DNA of 48,535 nt, filler included, from Jimgerdemannia flammicorona (taxonomy: Eukaryota): assembly GCA_003990765.1 (NCBI GenBank). It is 2 parts of 2 records of this genome, joined end to end, with 100 filler letters (N's around TTAATTAATTAA, not from the genome) between each part and the next. Parts side by side here need not be neighbours in the genome. Positions count along the whole stretch, not along the records: positions 1 to 24,221 come from RBNJ01001006.1; 1 more part is not named here. The stretch is one strand, 5' to 3'. Positions 10,998 to 24,154 of the stretch are shown piece by piece. Under the pieces are notes generated by a model, which was not told where the DNA came from, searched no databases, and saw nothing but the letters and a program-made list of their open reading frames with translations. How positions within the stretch are numbered: position 1 is the stretch's first letter; each line of letters opens with the position of its first letter. A program made the position numbers and the translations under genes.

Positions 10998-11971
10998 AAC
11001 TCACCCTCTTCTCTCAAAACTCACTCTCTTCTCTCAAACTCACTCTTTCTCTCAAAACAGCATTAGATCTATACTTAAAGCTACAATACCACAAAGATCA
11101 GAGCTGGGAGCAGCACAATGTTGAAGAAGCCAAGTAAGTCATAATCAAAACTTACTGAAAAAACTATATACTACTACAAGGTTCTAGCTAAAGTTCAGAC
11201 AAATATGCCAAATGATCTCTTCTGTCACATATTTACTTCAACAAAAAGAGGAAGAGAGAGCCATTAGTGGAAGAACTGCCATCAATAGATGAACTCACCA
11301 TTTACCTCACTAGTGACCATATGTTCAGCTGGAGGATATAGAGGTGCTCAACTGGTGGAAGGTGGGTTGTCTTCTTACAGATGGTTGGTAAAATTTGGTC
11401 AATTTTACCTACTATTCTAACCACCATTCTAACTACCATTCTGACCCCCAGGGTGTGCAGCTACAGATATGTCAAACAGACTTCCCCAGCCTGTGTGGTA
11501 TGGCTCAGGACTACCTGGTCATTTCTGCCACCAGCAATCTAGTCAAGTGGGTGTTCTCTAGCAGAATAGATCTCATTTTCCCTAAGAGGTGTGTACTGAA
11601 TGCTGAGGAAATCCAGGGCTGTGTGTGCCTAAAGTCTTGGTGGGGTACAGATTGCTAAAATTGAGTAAGTCTTATAACTTTAAGTAAATAAGTATCAGAA
11701 ATAAATTATTTTTTGTAAATTAATTAATAAAATAAAAAAAAAAGAGAAGTTCAGCTTGAGAGTATGCCAAGTATTTGTGGCCCTTGCCATTCCAAGTAGG
11801 GTGGAGGTCGGCAGAGTTGGTGGGGGATCAGCAGGATTGGTGGGGGGTTGGTGGGATTGGTGGGGGATCAGTGGGGTTAGGGGGGTCAGCAGAAGGAATA
11901 TGCAAAATTTGGGGCCCTCTGCTGGCAGCAAGAGGCAACCCTAAGCTACAAGTTAGTGTAGAAAGTCTGGG

Positions 11972-14210
11972 TCAGAGAAAGCATGCAGAATTTGTGACCC
12001 ACTGATCCACTATGAGAAGCAACTTCAAGTAGTCAGACTTTAGCATAGATTGGACTCTGGTATAGATTGGATTCTGGTACAGATTAGACTCTAGCACAGA
12101 TTCAGACCCCATAGACACTCTGGCCCTATACTGTGGTGCCATACTAGCAGCACTACATAGCAGAGCCAAGGGACCAGTAGAGCCCAGCAAAAAGCTAAAA
12201 GCTAAAAACTAGTACTAAAAATAAAAAGAGGTACCTGGCCACCTAACTCTCACAAAATGCTGTCTAGCCTATACAAAAGGCCACCTAACCTATACAAAAG
12301 ACCACCTAATCTATACAAAAGACCACTTATTTACAAAAATTCTCCATCTGCCAGTCCTAGGCCTTGATGAGCCTATTATCTATTGTGAGTACAATAACTG
12401 TAGTATATATCTGAGCTCTCAAAAGCAACAGTGATATAGAGGTCATGTGGTTGGAATAGGATGGCCATGTTGACCACAAATAGGATCCCAAAACTATAGG
12501 TGAGGTTATATCAGATACCACTACTATCCTCCCAAGTTGGGCCCTTTCTTTTCAGAATATAAAACATTATCAGAGTGATATTATTATCTATATGTAAGGG
12601 TAGAGAAATATTGTGCCCAATGTACCCTGATGTGATACAAGTATATGGGTGAGTGAATCCTTGGCCCAGGACCTCATATTACCAGACAGTGGCAGAGAAT
12701 GTCTGTCCTTCATCCAGCCCTGAGAGCCCTGGCTTGGAAATCTGCTGAAACAGATAGCATCTGGTTAAATTCTTCCTTCTTGTATGCAGAGACAGAAACC
12801 CTTGGACTGTACCAAAAAAAGTCAAGCCCCTCACCTCATATGACATGCTAAGTTGTGCTAAGAATATATACACAGCAGTATCAAGAGCACTACTAAGCTG
12901 GTCTGCTGTTTGGTCTAGCAATCAGCTCAAAGATTTCTAGATCATAGCTGCTGTTACCAAACAGACCATGTCTTACTCATATGTAGCTTATTCTTCAACA
13001 GTACTTCTAAAGTTCTGATAAGAGTACAGAATTCTGTATATCTCTGAAAATTTAACAAGAATAGGTTATTAAAAGAAAATCATAAAAGAATGAAAGATGA
13101 ATGCAGAAAAAACTCTAGGAAATCCACTCTTTATCAATGTTACAGTATACTCAATTCCCATACAAACTCCCCCTCCCTGCTTTTTATGCCTCTTCTTTTG
13201 CTACCTAGTATTTGATATAATTCTTATAAATCTTGTTAATATAGTGATAAAGGTCATCACTATAGAGATTCCTTACCACTACTATAACAACCTCTCTATA
13301 TTTATTAGTAATAATGTAGTTCTCTTCATCATTGAATACTCCAGCAGGCCAATGGGCTCCTTAATCAAGAACAATTGAATCTGATTTAAATATAGATCCC
13401 CAATCTTAATGGTAGTACTGGTATTGCTCATGCTGAATAACTTGCCCTTGAACTTCTCTATTTGATCAGATGCTAGATATGGTCAAACTTGGGTAACTTT
13501 GAAATCTCCTCTGTAGTAGAACTGAGCCTTAATCTGAGTAGTGAGCTAAGTTAAGTATACAGACAGATTATATACAAGTATCATATATATAGGAGTTTTT
13601 AGGGGAGAATAAATAAAAATAAAGTTAAATAAAATAAAAGAGTGAGTATTCAGAAAAAATAGTGTAAGAATGAGTTGCTTGCAAATGAGTTGCATATAGA
13701 TGAGTTATGCAAGATTACTCATAAAGGCTTGCTTCTGATCCTTTTGAGATCTCTACCTTGTAATATATTGACTCAACAGCTCAGCCATCTAAAGTATACC
13801 TCACAACATTCTTCAGCCTTTTTTCATCTTGACCAGATATTGTGAATAAAGTCAGCAGATCTCGCTATAGAGCTATAGTCTCTGAGAAAAAGAGAAACAG
13901 TATGAAATTAACTTAGTTGTACTGTGGGAATTTAAATGTAGTGGTAAAAAGGCAACCAACATCTACTATTAGCTGCTCTAAAAAGACTGCCATATATATA
14001 GCTGTAAAGTCTGTGAATTCTGAGATCTGAAGGATCACTGTGAGTTGTTGTCAGAATTCTCCCTCATCCTTATCACTATTGTCATTATCATTGTCATTGC
14101 TACTTTGACTCTTGATGAGCAGCTTGTATGCTGCCCATATGAGAAAGAATTTAAGATTGTCAGCAGAGAGTGTATTCCTATCTCAAATGTTCTCTCTTTT
14201 GATAATCATT
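11972..14210 (-). pseudogene. Decayed multi-exon gene, TET/JBP-like 2OG-Fe(II) dioxygenase fold (tentative)
   Basis: Reading through stops at 12380-12680 gives TSGYIGHNISLPLHIDNN-ITLIMFY...SSGI*YNLTYSFGILF..AILFQPHDLYITV....DIYYSYC: HxD plus positions where H and R are one C>T/G>A step away. Intron-like AT-rich gaps with GT/AG ends. Boundaries are approximate. Confidence 0.5.
12035..12330. repeat. Two short tandem arrays: 18-bp (AGATTGGACTCTGGTAT-like) at ~12035-12115 and ~21-bp (CCACCTAACCTATACAAAAG) at ~12238-12330
   Basis: Directly visible periodic sequence. Confidence 0.75.
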
Positions 14211-15118
14211 AGATAAAAAAAATAAGTAGACCAACTTATAATTAAGGACTGCTTTTTATTTGTTTATAATATAGCAGGAGAAACAAAAAAGAGTATCAGA
14301 GCATCAGAGAGAACAAAGAAAGGGAGAACAAAGAGAGGATGATGTCACTAAAGATAAAGAAAGAGTGATATCACCAAAGAATTTAAGTGATCTAGATCAA
14401 TCCAGATCAATCTGAATAAGATCATAGGACCAATCTGAGTTGATTCAAATCCATCATATGATGAATCTGAATTAAATCTCATCCAGATAAATTGCATCTG
14501 TTCAGAGCACTACTCCTCAGCCATCAGCACCCCTTTTGATTGATAGTCATATTAAGTATAATTTGAGAAGATTCTTGACAAATATATATATTATAATCAC
14601 ACTAAGTATCTTGTCAAATGAGTAGGCTATTCTGAGTATAATAGTACTTAGAAACTTATTGAAAATCTCAAAAATACTTAATAAGCTCTTCATGAATACA
14701 AATATTAAGAATAATATTCTCTTTCAAGTAGAGGAGAATGTAATAATTCTCTATATTTCATTTTCTTTCTATAGAATTATTATCTTTTCTTTATTATGTT
14801 ACTCAATAAAACATTTCAGAATAGCTTAGAATAATATAGAATTACTTATTTATTTACCAAGAACCTGTTTTCTAAATAGTTCTACTAAGATTCCATTAAT
14901 TACTAATTAATACTTAGTTATTCTCTATAATATTCTATCAAGTTTCATTAGCAGGACTCATTACTTAGTATCTAGCTTAGTAATGTTCTATCTATTTCTT
15001 TTTCTTTCTATTTCTCTTATATAAATATTCTCTTTGAATATTTCAATAAAACTCAGTCTAGTTAGTTATTATATATTTACTTGAATCTTCTGAAGATAAT
15101 CAAACTTCTCAAATTCTA

Positions 15119-15138
15119 TTTTTTTTTTTTTTTTTTTT

Positions 15139-15188
<50 letters not shown>

Positions 15189-17290
15189 TTTTTTTATTTT
15201 TTTATTTTTTTATTTTTATTTTTATAGTTATATAGACTTCTACTTTATTACCAAACCATCTATGGTGTACTACTAACACAAATGTGCTCCTTACTCAATC
15301 TCACTCAGAAAATCTCTCTCTCTCTTACTATTGCCCCAAAACTCTGCTAACCTCTCTGCTACCCAAATCCTCCCCCACTCTTTCTACAGGTTGTCTCTAC
15401 TAAATACTATCAATATCCCCCCCCAGTACCCCTACCCCTCTACCATCCATTCAACATATCTATCATCAGTCACTCCTATCTAATCACCTTCACTCCCAAA
15501 GTCAACTGTTGACCCTCTTTAAATAGAGAAAGCCAATGTCTTGCCAGTCTGATCCAGATCACTAGCATCTATTCTAATGTCAGCCACAATCTTCTAACCC
15601 CCCCACCAGCCTCCTCCAGAGGTCACCCCACCTCTCTCCAGCCACTAACCCTATTGAGTGTACCCTTAGCTATACTTCAATCTCTCTTCAAAAGTCTCCC
15701 ATTATCTTATACTCTCTCAGCCAATATTTGGGAGTCTGTACTACCTGTCCCTCCTACCTGATATTAAGACACTCCTTGCACTCCTGGGTACTCCCTTCTA
15801 CCAAATGGCCCATCTGGCAGTTCAATATAACATTATGTCATAAAACTCACCCCCATACTATCCAGAATTTAGGTAGAATCTATCTTGCTATCTACTTGCC
15901 CTACTGCCAAATACTATTTCAGTCCCACTCTCCACCAATCTCCACCCCCTACCATGCCTCAGGCCATAGATCTTTCCCATATTTCCAAAGGTACTCTATG
16001 CCATCCTCTAAGCAGAAATCATTCACTAGTGCCCCATCTAACAAAAGGCAGTCCCACCTCTACATCTGAGGTCCCCATTCCTCCTCTCCCTCATCACTCT
16101 ATTGGAGACCAATATGATGTACCCCATCAGTCACTCTCTACTAGAATTCCCTATACCATATCCTCTGACTTCTCTTCAATGATATTAGAGAAAGAAGATT
16201 CCCAGTTATACCCTGGGGAGAGAATCAGACTTCCCACACCCTCTGTATGAGAGAAACCCACTCTCTGTCCCTCAACTTGCTTGCTCATTTAAGCCACCAT
16301 ATCCTCAAGCAGTAAAGATGCTTGGAAAAATCCACCAGACCCAGGCCACCTCAGTCCACTGGCCAGATCAATATCTCTCACTCAATCTGACTCTGCCATC
16401 CTACCTATATCCAGGTCCTGGCCATCTTCAGCAGTCATTTGACTACTCACACCAAAAAGTCCAAGTAGTATTCTAGATATCACAGCTTAGGCACCCAGTA
16501 GATATTTATCACTGTTATCCTTCCTGCCAGAGAAATATAGTGACCACTCCATCCCAAGAGAGTGCTTTCCTACTCAGCTGACCTCTGCTCCCACCACTCA
16601 TGTGGTAGCAAGAAGTCATATTCTAAAAAGTAAATCCCCAGGTAGTGAACAGCCTCTCCCACTGGGACAATTGTTCCAATCAAATCCCCACCTACTTTCT
16701 CTCCTCCTAGCACCAAAGTTTCACACTTATACCAGTTGAGCTTAGCACCTGAGTACCCCTCATATCACTCTACTGCATCTTTCAGTACTACAATATCTGC
16801 AACTGACCTCAGCCTGACTACTATATCATCAGCAAAGGCCCCCACCTTCTAATTAACCCCTAGAATATCCAACCCTCCCACCTTCCACTATATCTTATCC
16901 AAAAGCAGTTCCAGAGACAGTGTATATAGAATCAGTTACAGTGGATCCCCTTACAGCACTCCTCTGCCCAGAGGAAAAGAAACCTCTCTATACTCAATTA
17001 CCATAATTGCTGCCTGACTCCCTTCCAGCAGACTGATCAAGGCCCTCCAGACCCCCAGGGGGACTCCAATACACATTAGCACTCTCTTCAACCACACTCA
17101 TCAGACCCTATCATAGGTCTTCTCCTGGTCCAAAAAAACTAGTTATCTATCTACTCCAGCAGTATAAGTACTCTCAATGACACCATGTATTCAGGCTGTC
17201 TTATCTCTGATCAGATGTCCTTCTATGAACCCTTGCTGCTTGGTCTCCCTACAGCCTAGCCACCAGTATCTTTGTGACTAGTTTGTGATC

Positions 17291-17294
<4 letters not shown>
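15119..17294 (-). mobile_element. LINE family A-related copy (RT to 3' end), interrupted at 17295 by another LINE
   Basis: ~105-nt poly(T) tract at 15119-15223; decayed RT motifs (DQEKTYDR, GDP, FADD) on the minus strand. Confidence 0.88.
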
Positions 17295-17327
<33 letters not shown>

Positions 17328-18360
17328 GTCACTTGGACTCTACTATTTATTACCAATCTATTAATAATTTTACAATACCACCTCCCACTACCCAATTGCC
17401 ATTGGAGAGTCTCTCTCTATATCATCACAAATAAAGACTTCCTTCTCACCCACTACTCCCACTCTTCTCTCACTTTACCTACAGATCTTCTCTACCAAGT
17501 GATGCCTTCAACCACCCTGCAACCCCCACCCTAACCACCAGCCTGTCAAGGTGTCTTCCATAAGTCTATGCTACCACAGCAACTGTTCCCCAAGCCTAGT
17601 CTCCTCCCATCCTCAAAAACAAATAGCCGGTGACTGGCTAAACCCACCCACATTGCCAAGACTCAGTCTAAGATAATCCACTCCTTCCCTACCCCCCCCA
17701 CCAGTCAATCCCTCAAATCCTCCCACTGACCCTGCATGCCATCTCCCCTACACACTACCCCCAGATGATCCCCAACAGCTCACCAGAAGTCACTAAGTAC
17801 CTCATACTCTCCTAGCCAATGTTCAGGCATCTGCACATATCCCCCTTCCTGCCCTATATTATGGCAATCCTCACACTCAAAGCAGCCCCCCTTGATAAGG
17901 TGACCTGAGCAGAAATTGAGTATGATATTCCTCCTCAGCATATGCCACCAGACCACCTAGTACTTTGGCAGCATCCACCTCTGTACCTTGGCACTCCAGG
18001 CCCATATACCATGCCAGTTCCAATCTTCTCCAATACCCACTTCCTGCTAACCACTAGGCTACAGATCCTGGCCCAGTCTCCTTTGGCAATCCACCCTATT
18101 ACCAATGTCAAACTCCATTAAGGGCACACCTCCTAGCAGCACTTGATCCCATCTCTACATTGCCAGATCCCAAGCCACCTCTTCCTCATTACCCTACCAA
18201 TGAATCTCAATATGGTGTGCCCCCTCAGTGACTCCCCACTAGAAGTCTTTATACTGCAGTTGTGCAGTGTTCCAAAGTCCAACCAGCAATAGGAGATCCC
18301 CTGTTGAGCCCCTTGGAGAGGACCTCATTTCCCAGACCTTCTGCAATAGGGGAACTCAAC
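17295..18360 (-). mobile_element. LINE family A 3' fragment inserted in the preceding LINE
   Basis: Poly(T) at 17295-17324 followed by ATAGTCACTTGGACT; inverted homolog of ~23180-24221. Confidence 0.88.
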
Positions 18361-18442
18361 CATCTTTCTCTGGTAACATTCAGGTTACACAACCGTTTGG
18401 CAACACTTCTGATGCAGTTTCTGGAGACAAGCTACTAGTTTC

Positions 18443-20473
18443 ATGGTAACCAACGACCATCCTAAGGTACGTACTGGGCAGTGAGGCCCTGGAGCATTCG
18501 AATGGCAGCAAGTGGGGAGAGGCCCTGGCTTGGGGAGAAGTATGAGGGGCCTGCTGGTGGGAGGATGTGGTGGAGGAGGGGGTGGAGCTGGAGGTCAAGG
18601 GTCTGGCAGAGTGAGCTTTGTGGAGAAGGTGAAGGGAGATCAGCAGGGGGCCAGACTGGAGAGCTGGCTGAGGGGGGGGAGGGTGCCAGTGAGGGCTTCA
18701 AGACAGCAACCTCATGGGGGTGCCTCTCTGGAGGGCCATAGGGGTGGAGCTGGGGGGGTAGCGGCTGAGGCAGGGACTGCTGATGGAGGTGTGATGGGCA
18801 ATCTGGAAAAAAATCTAGATGGGACTGCTGATGGTGAGCCGAGCAGTGGGAAGGGCATGAGGCCCAGGGACCTGGCGGATGGTGTAATGGGACTGGCAGT
18901 GGCACCATTACTCAAGAAGTTGATCTCATAATTTGCAGTCACGATGTGTTTCTGGGACTTGGCGGTGATGGTGAAAATGGTGCTGGGACTCATCGCTAAG
19001 CAGGTGGCAGGAGCTGTATCTGTGAAGTTTTTGAAGAGACTGGAGGGAGTGGAAGTGGGTTTTGAGGAGGTGGCGCCACTGGAGGAGGCGCTGAAGGTTG
19101 GATTAGTGGTCGGGAAGGTGTGTGTTCTGATGGTACGTTGCCTGAGGTGGGATCCCAGGGTGGTCCAACTGCTGGTGAAAGGAGTGCTGATGGTGATAGC
19201 AATGGAGACGAGAAAGCAAGTTGAGGACTTCATGGCAGAGTATGGAGAGGTGGTGGATATCGGATTCAGGATCTGGGAAGGGACCTCACTCAGGACTGGC
19301 GATGTGGATGTGAGGATTCGGCTGGCTGGGAAGGAAGCTACTGAGAAGGCGAGAGACTGGCCTTCAGCAATGGTCTGGGGAGCAATCTTGTGCAAGGTGA
19401 CAAGGGTGAAGGGTAGTGAGGAGAAGGAGGAGGATCTATTGGAAGTGCTAGAAGAGCTGGGTGGTACAGTAGAGCGGTGAGTAAAGGCTTGGGAGGCCTT
19501 TGTGGAGGCGATGCATTTGGAGGTAGTGGATGGAAAGCGGATTCGAGTGACCAAGGAGCAGTGGGAAAGGGCTCAGGGGCATAAGAGACAGAAGGAGCTG
19601 CTGGCCAGGCTGGGTAATGGGCCACTGGGGGATGCGAGCAAGGAGAAGAGTGCAGGGGGAGCTGAAGCGAGTGTCTGGGCTGGTGAGGGGGAGGGGAAGG
19701 CTGAGAAGGAGGCAGGGGAGGATAAGGTGAAGCATAGTAAGGACCTGTTTGCTGATGGTATGCTGGAGGTTTGGGAGGAGGAATGGGAGGGCTCCCCTAC
19801 CCCCACCCCTCTTGTCAGGCATGGCCCGGCTTCCCAAAACAGGGTGGTCAAAGATGTGCCAATGCAAGGGGCCCAGAGAGTGCAATTCAGAGTTCTGGAG
19901 GTGGCATATGGGGGACAGGTGGTGGTGGCTGGTGAGGAGGAACTGGTGGATGTCCCGGAGGTATGGGATGAGTCTGCAAGTGCTGGAGCTGACACCACAA
20001 TGTTGGATGGAGAGAGGCCGGCAACTCCAGGGGGGAAAGAGGTGGGGAACTTGCTTTGGATGTGCCGGATGATGAATAACATGGCAGTGGAAGAGTTGGG
20101 GGAGGTGGACTTGTGAGTGATGAGTGATGATCATTGGGCAGAGATACTGCAGGGGGATGGAGTAGTGAAGGCATTGAAGGTGGAAATTCTTGGGGTGTAC
20201 CTGGAGGAGGAAGGATATGAGGTGGATAAGGAGAGGGAGGCAGAGTTAGCAGTTATTGCTGGAGAGAGGGCTGAATACTGCTGGAATAAGCATCATAGAC
20301 TGCAGCTCTGGCAGGAGGCATGTATCGAATACCAAGAGGAGTTTGAAGAGAAGGCAGATGGAGAGATGAATGAACTGCTGGTTGGATTGGAGGCTCAGAG
20401 GGCAGAAGAGGAGGAGGTGGCTGCAGAACATAATCTGGACATGGCACAGGAGGAGATGAGCATGGAGCAGTAG
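18443..20473 (+). pseudogene. LINE ORF1 (RRM-like core, acidic coiled-coil C-terminus), with premature stops
   Basis: ORF-track pieces 18512, 18944, 19502 and 20117 share one frame with the ATG at 18443; core YGEVVDIGFRIWEGTSLRTGDVDVRIRL..WPSAM is conserved in the other copies. Confidence 0.85.
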
Positions 20474-20503
20474 AGATTGATTGACAACATAACATCTTCC
20501 ATT

Positions 20504-23500
20504 ATGAACAGTACAACCAATATTTTTTCTTTGAACATGAATGGGTTATGGGGCACGACTCGATATAGGAACATTTTTACTTAGATGAAGGGATTGGAGG
20601 CCGATCTCTTCCTCTTGCAGGATGTCCAGTGTGAAGATGATTCTGATAGGATGGAATGGACAAAGGAATGGGGAGGTATGGTGATTTGGAAGGGCAAGGT
20701 TGGGATTTTGGTTCAGAAAGGCAGAGGGGAGATTCAGGAGGTGAGGAGCTGGAGGGAGAGGCTGGTCTGGAGTGAGTGGATTCAGGCAGGCTGGGAGCCA
20801 GTTACAGTTGGCTCCTGCTACTGCCCTGCAGTATGGGGTGAGAGAGTAGATTGGATGAAAGGCTTATGGGAGAGTGGGTTACTTGCAGAGGCTGGAGTGG
20901 ATATGCTTGGGGGTGATTTCAATATGGTTCGGGATATACTGTTGGATAGAACAGATGGAGGACGAGGTGCTGAGAGCAGGAGTGGAGGACTGGTGGCATG
21001 GGAGGAAGTAGAAAGGCTAAGTGTGCTAGTCGATGCTGGTAGGGAGTACTGGGGGAATAGGAGGGTTTATACACATTGGGCAGGAGGTCTGGGGACAAGA
21101 ATCAACTGGATTTTGATGGCCAGCTGCTGGGGCCTAGATGTTTGGAAATCACTGGAGGTAGAATGGTGTCCATGGTCGGACCACTGGGGGCTTTTGGGAG
21201 AAGGGTGCTTTGGGGGAAGTGGGGATGGGCCTGGAAATTGGCACCTCAATTCCTCTTTGTTAGATGACAAGACCCAGTGAGATGAGTGGGCTAAAGACAT
21301 TCAGCTGAGAGTGGAGAACTGGTGGCAGGAAGGGACCTCGGTTGGGACTCGGTGGATGCGGATGAAGGAGATGGCTAAGATTTACTGGAGTGAGGCTGGC
21401 AAGGAGGCAGGGAAGCAGCAAAGGCGTAAAGTGCAGTGTGCCTCTACTAGATTGACAAGGCTTCTGGAGGAGTGGGCAAGGCTGAAGATGGTAGAGGAAG
21501 AAGAAGATTGGAGGTCAACAAGAGTGAAAATGGAGGTTGGGGAACTACAACAGGTGCTGCGGGAAGAGGAAGAGGCGAGGGTACAGAGCTTGGTGGCACG
21601 GCTTTGCTGGCAGGATCTGGAGGAAGGAGAGAGGCCTTCCAAGTTTCTTACAAGAACCCTTAGGGTGAGGCAGGTACAGCAAAGGTGGGAAGGGGTGTTG
21701 GACTCAGAGGGTAGGCTGGTGCATGGTGTACAGGACATTCTTGGATTGCTGAAGGAGAGATGGAGTGGATTGTGGAGTGAGAAGGAGGGTGGGGCAGAAG
21801 CTGCTGCCATGGAACATACATTGGAGGATTGGCACCTACTACAAATTGAGGGGCTAGGTGACCTGGTGATGCCTGTACAGGAGGATGAGATCCACCAGGT
21901 TCTTGCCACGACAATGCCAGGTACAGCTCCAGAGGAGAATGGTCTGCCCTGGGACTTTTGGAAGCGAATGGTTGGCATCCCAGGGGTGATGGGAGAGATG
22001 ACAGAATTGTGCAACCTGATTCTACAGACAGGGAGGTGGGTGGGGAAGCAGGACCTTAGGCTGGTGATGCTGCTGTATAAAAACAAAGGAAGGCAGGAGG
22101 ATTGGAAGAACTGGCAGCTGATAATGTTGCTAGATATGGACAGAAAGTTGGTGACTAAGGTGGTGGTGGCGAGACTACAGAAGGTGGTCCAGCAAGTTGT
22201 GGGGATTGAGCAGAGGGGATTTGTGGGTGATTGGCTCATCAGGGATGGTACTGCCTGGGTACATGGAGTTATCGAAGGGGCAAGGGCCTGTGGACTGGAT
22301 GGGCATCTAGTCTTCTTGGACCAGGAGAAGGCATACGACTGGGTGTGAAGAGTCTGGCTGGTGAAAGTTTTGGATAGGATGGGGGTTCCATGCCGATTCT
22401 GGTCAGCAATGGTCAGCCTACTGGAAGGGAGTAGGGCTGCACTCACGTGTAATAGACATAGAGGGATAGCATTCCCCTTGGGTAGGGGGGTGCCCCAGGG
22501 GGACCCACTGTCCCCATTTTGTATGCTCTTTCCCTGGAACCCCTTATGGACAGAATTTGGAGGAGGATAGCCAGGCTCTCTGTCTTTGGCATAGGATGGA
22601 AAGTTGGGGCCTTTGCAGATGACATGGTGGTGGGTTTGGGATTGATTGCTGATGTTGAAGAGCTCAAGAAGACTGTGGAGTGGTATGAGGAGAACTCTGG
22701 AGCTAAGCTGAATTGGCATAAGTGTGAAACAATGGTACTGGGTAATGGTCTGGTGGGAGGGGAAGTTATAGGAACAATCATCCCCACCAGTGAAGCAGTG
22801 CAGTACTTGGGCATCTATTTGTCAGTCTATGGGTCAGTTCTGCCCAGGCTTTGTTGGGAGCAGAGGATTGGAATCTGGGAGGAGGCCCTGCAGAGTTGGG
22901 GGGAAAGAGGATTTTCTCTGGCAGGGCAGGTCTCGATTTTGAATGTCTACTGGCTGCCAAAGTTGTGGTACCTGGCATATCATCTGGACTTCCCAGCCTG
23001 GGTGGTGAAGAGATTGTTGAAGTCAGTGAAAAGATTGGGCTGGCAGGTGGAGTCAGATTGGTTGAGAGACCTTGTCCCTACCAGTGGCAAGAGGTGGTCT
23101 TGGGCTGGTTGACTTTCCTAAATGGTTACACTGCTTGAGAGCATGGTGGCTAAGGAGGGCAGTGGAATTGGGAGGAGGTGGTTGGGTTCCTCTGCTACAG
23201 AAGATCTGGGAGAGGTGGTCATCACAAAGGGGTTCAACCGGCGATCTCCTCTCATTGGTTGGACTTCAGAACACTGCACAATTGCAATATAGAGGATTTT
23301 GGTGGGGGATTGCAGAAGGGGTGCACCGCATTGGTATTTGTTGGCAGGAGAATGAAGGAGAGGAGGACTGGGACCCGGCTATATGGAGATGGGATCATAT
23401 ACTGCTGGGTGGCACTTCTTTAATTGAGTTCGACATTGGGGATGGAATGGAATGCCAGAGGAGACTGGGCCAGGATCTGTGGCCTAGCAGTTGGCAAGGA

Positions 23501-24154
23501 GTTGGAATTGGCGAAGAGTGAGATTGATATGGTGTTTGGACCTGGAGTGCTGTAGTGAGAAAGTGGATGCTGCCAAAGTACTGGGTAGTCTGGTGGTGCA
23601 TGCTGTGGAGGAATGTTATGCTCAATTTTCACTCGGGGCACCTTGTCATAGGGGGTTGCTTCGACTGTGAGGAGTGCCATAATGTAGGGCAGGAGGGAGG
23701 GTATGTACAGATGCCTGAACATTGGCTCAGAGAGTGTGAGGTGTTGGGGGAATTTTGGCGGACAATTGGGGAACATTTGGGGGTACAGCGCAGGGGAGAT
23801 GACATATGAGGGAGGTGGGAGGACTTGAGGGATAGATTGGTAGGGGGGATTGGGAAGGAGTGGCTTACTTTGGGTTGGGCTTTGGCTATTTGGGTGGGGC
23901 TGGCCAGTCATTGGCTATTTGTTTTTGAGGATGTGAGGAGACAGGGCTTGGGAGACCGGTTGCTGTGGTGGCATAGGCTTATGGAAGACACCTTAACAGG
24001 CTGGTGGCTTGGATGAGGGCTGCAGGGTGGTCGGAGGTGCCGCTTAGTGGAGAAAATTTGTGGGCAGAGTGGGGGAAGAGTTGGAGTAGTTGGGGAAAGG
24101 GTGATTTTTATTCGTGAGGAGGTAGGGAGGGGCCCCCCTATGGGGATTGGGTAG
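20504..24154 (+). pseudogene. LINE ORF2: APE endonuclease, reverse transcriptase and C-terminal Cys/His motif; stops and ~2 frameshifts
   Basis: IFSLNMNGL, LLQD, GGDFN, WSDH (APE); LDQEKAYDWV, GVPQGDPLSP, AFADDM (RT); CEEC...EHWLREC. Confidence 0.95.

Larger units (their letters stand above)
2047..11658 (+). pseudogene. hAT transposase pseudogene (BED zinc finger, DDE core, C-terminal dimerisation domain), multi-exon
   Basis: Decayed motifs in the correct order: SEIW*YY..VICNYY and SGSTSN (BED, ~2140-2370); SFMINT*ISPNQ/SFLNITDH*IDLD*QL..DSHSGEN (~2805-2945); IIDNSTNN; QAHILNLTVQD (~3231); ELILDIYLH*NS (~4545, ancestral LDVxTRWNS); ALDLYLKLQY (~11060, ancestral LDPR); FPSLCGMAQDYLVISATS..VFSS..CLKSW (~11480-11640). 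Confidence 0.9.
1995..11943 (+). mobile_element. hAT-superfamily DNA transposon, decayed, interrupted by two LINEs; left end displaced by Gypsy element 1
   Basis: Transposase motifs (see next feature); right terminus ...GGCAACCCTA at 11934-11943 (reverse complement TAGGGTTGCC, hAT-type TIR); decayed TCGGCGGG-like subterminal repeats at 11800-11895. Confidence 0.85.

Noticed and set aside
14500..15118. AT-rich block that may be a heavily decayed coding sequence (possibly a transposase partner of the TET-like gene)
   Set aside because: Too eroded to recognise any motif by eye; not called.
21382..22719. 445-aa minus-strand ORF (also 18712-19554 and 31972-32640)
   Set aside because: Shadow frames antisense to LINE ORF2/ORF1 and gag-pol; Ser/Pro/Leu-rich as expected from strand skew, with no motifs.
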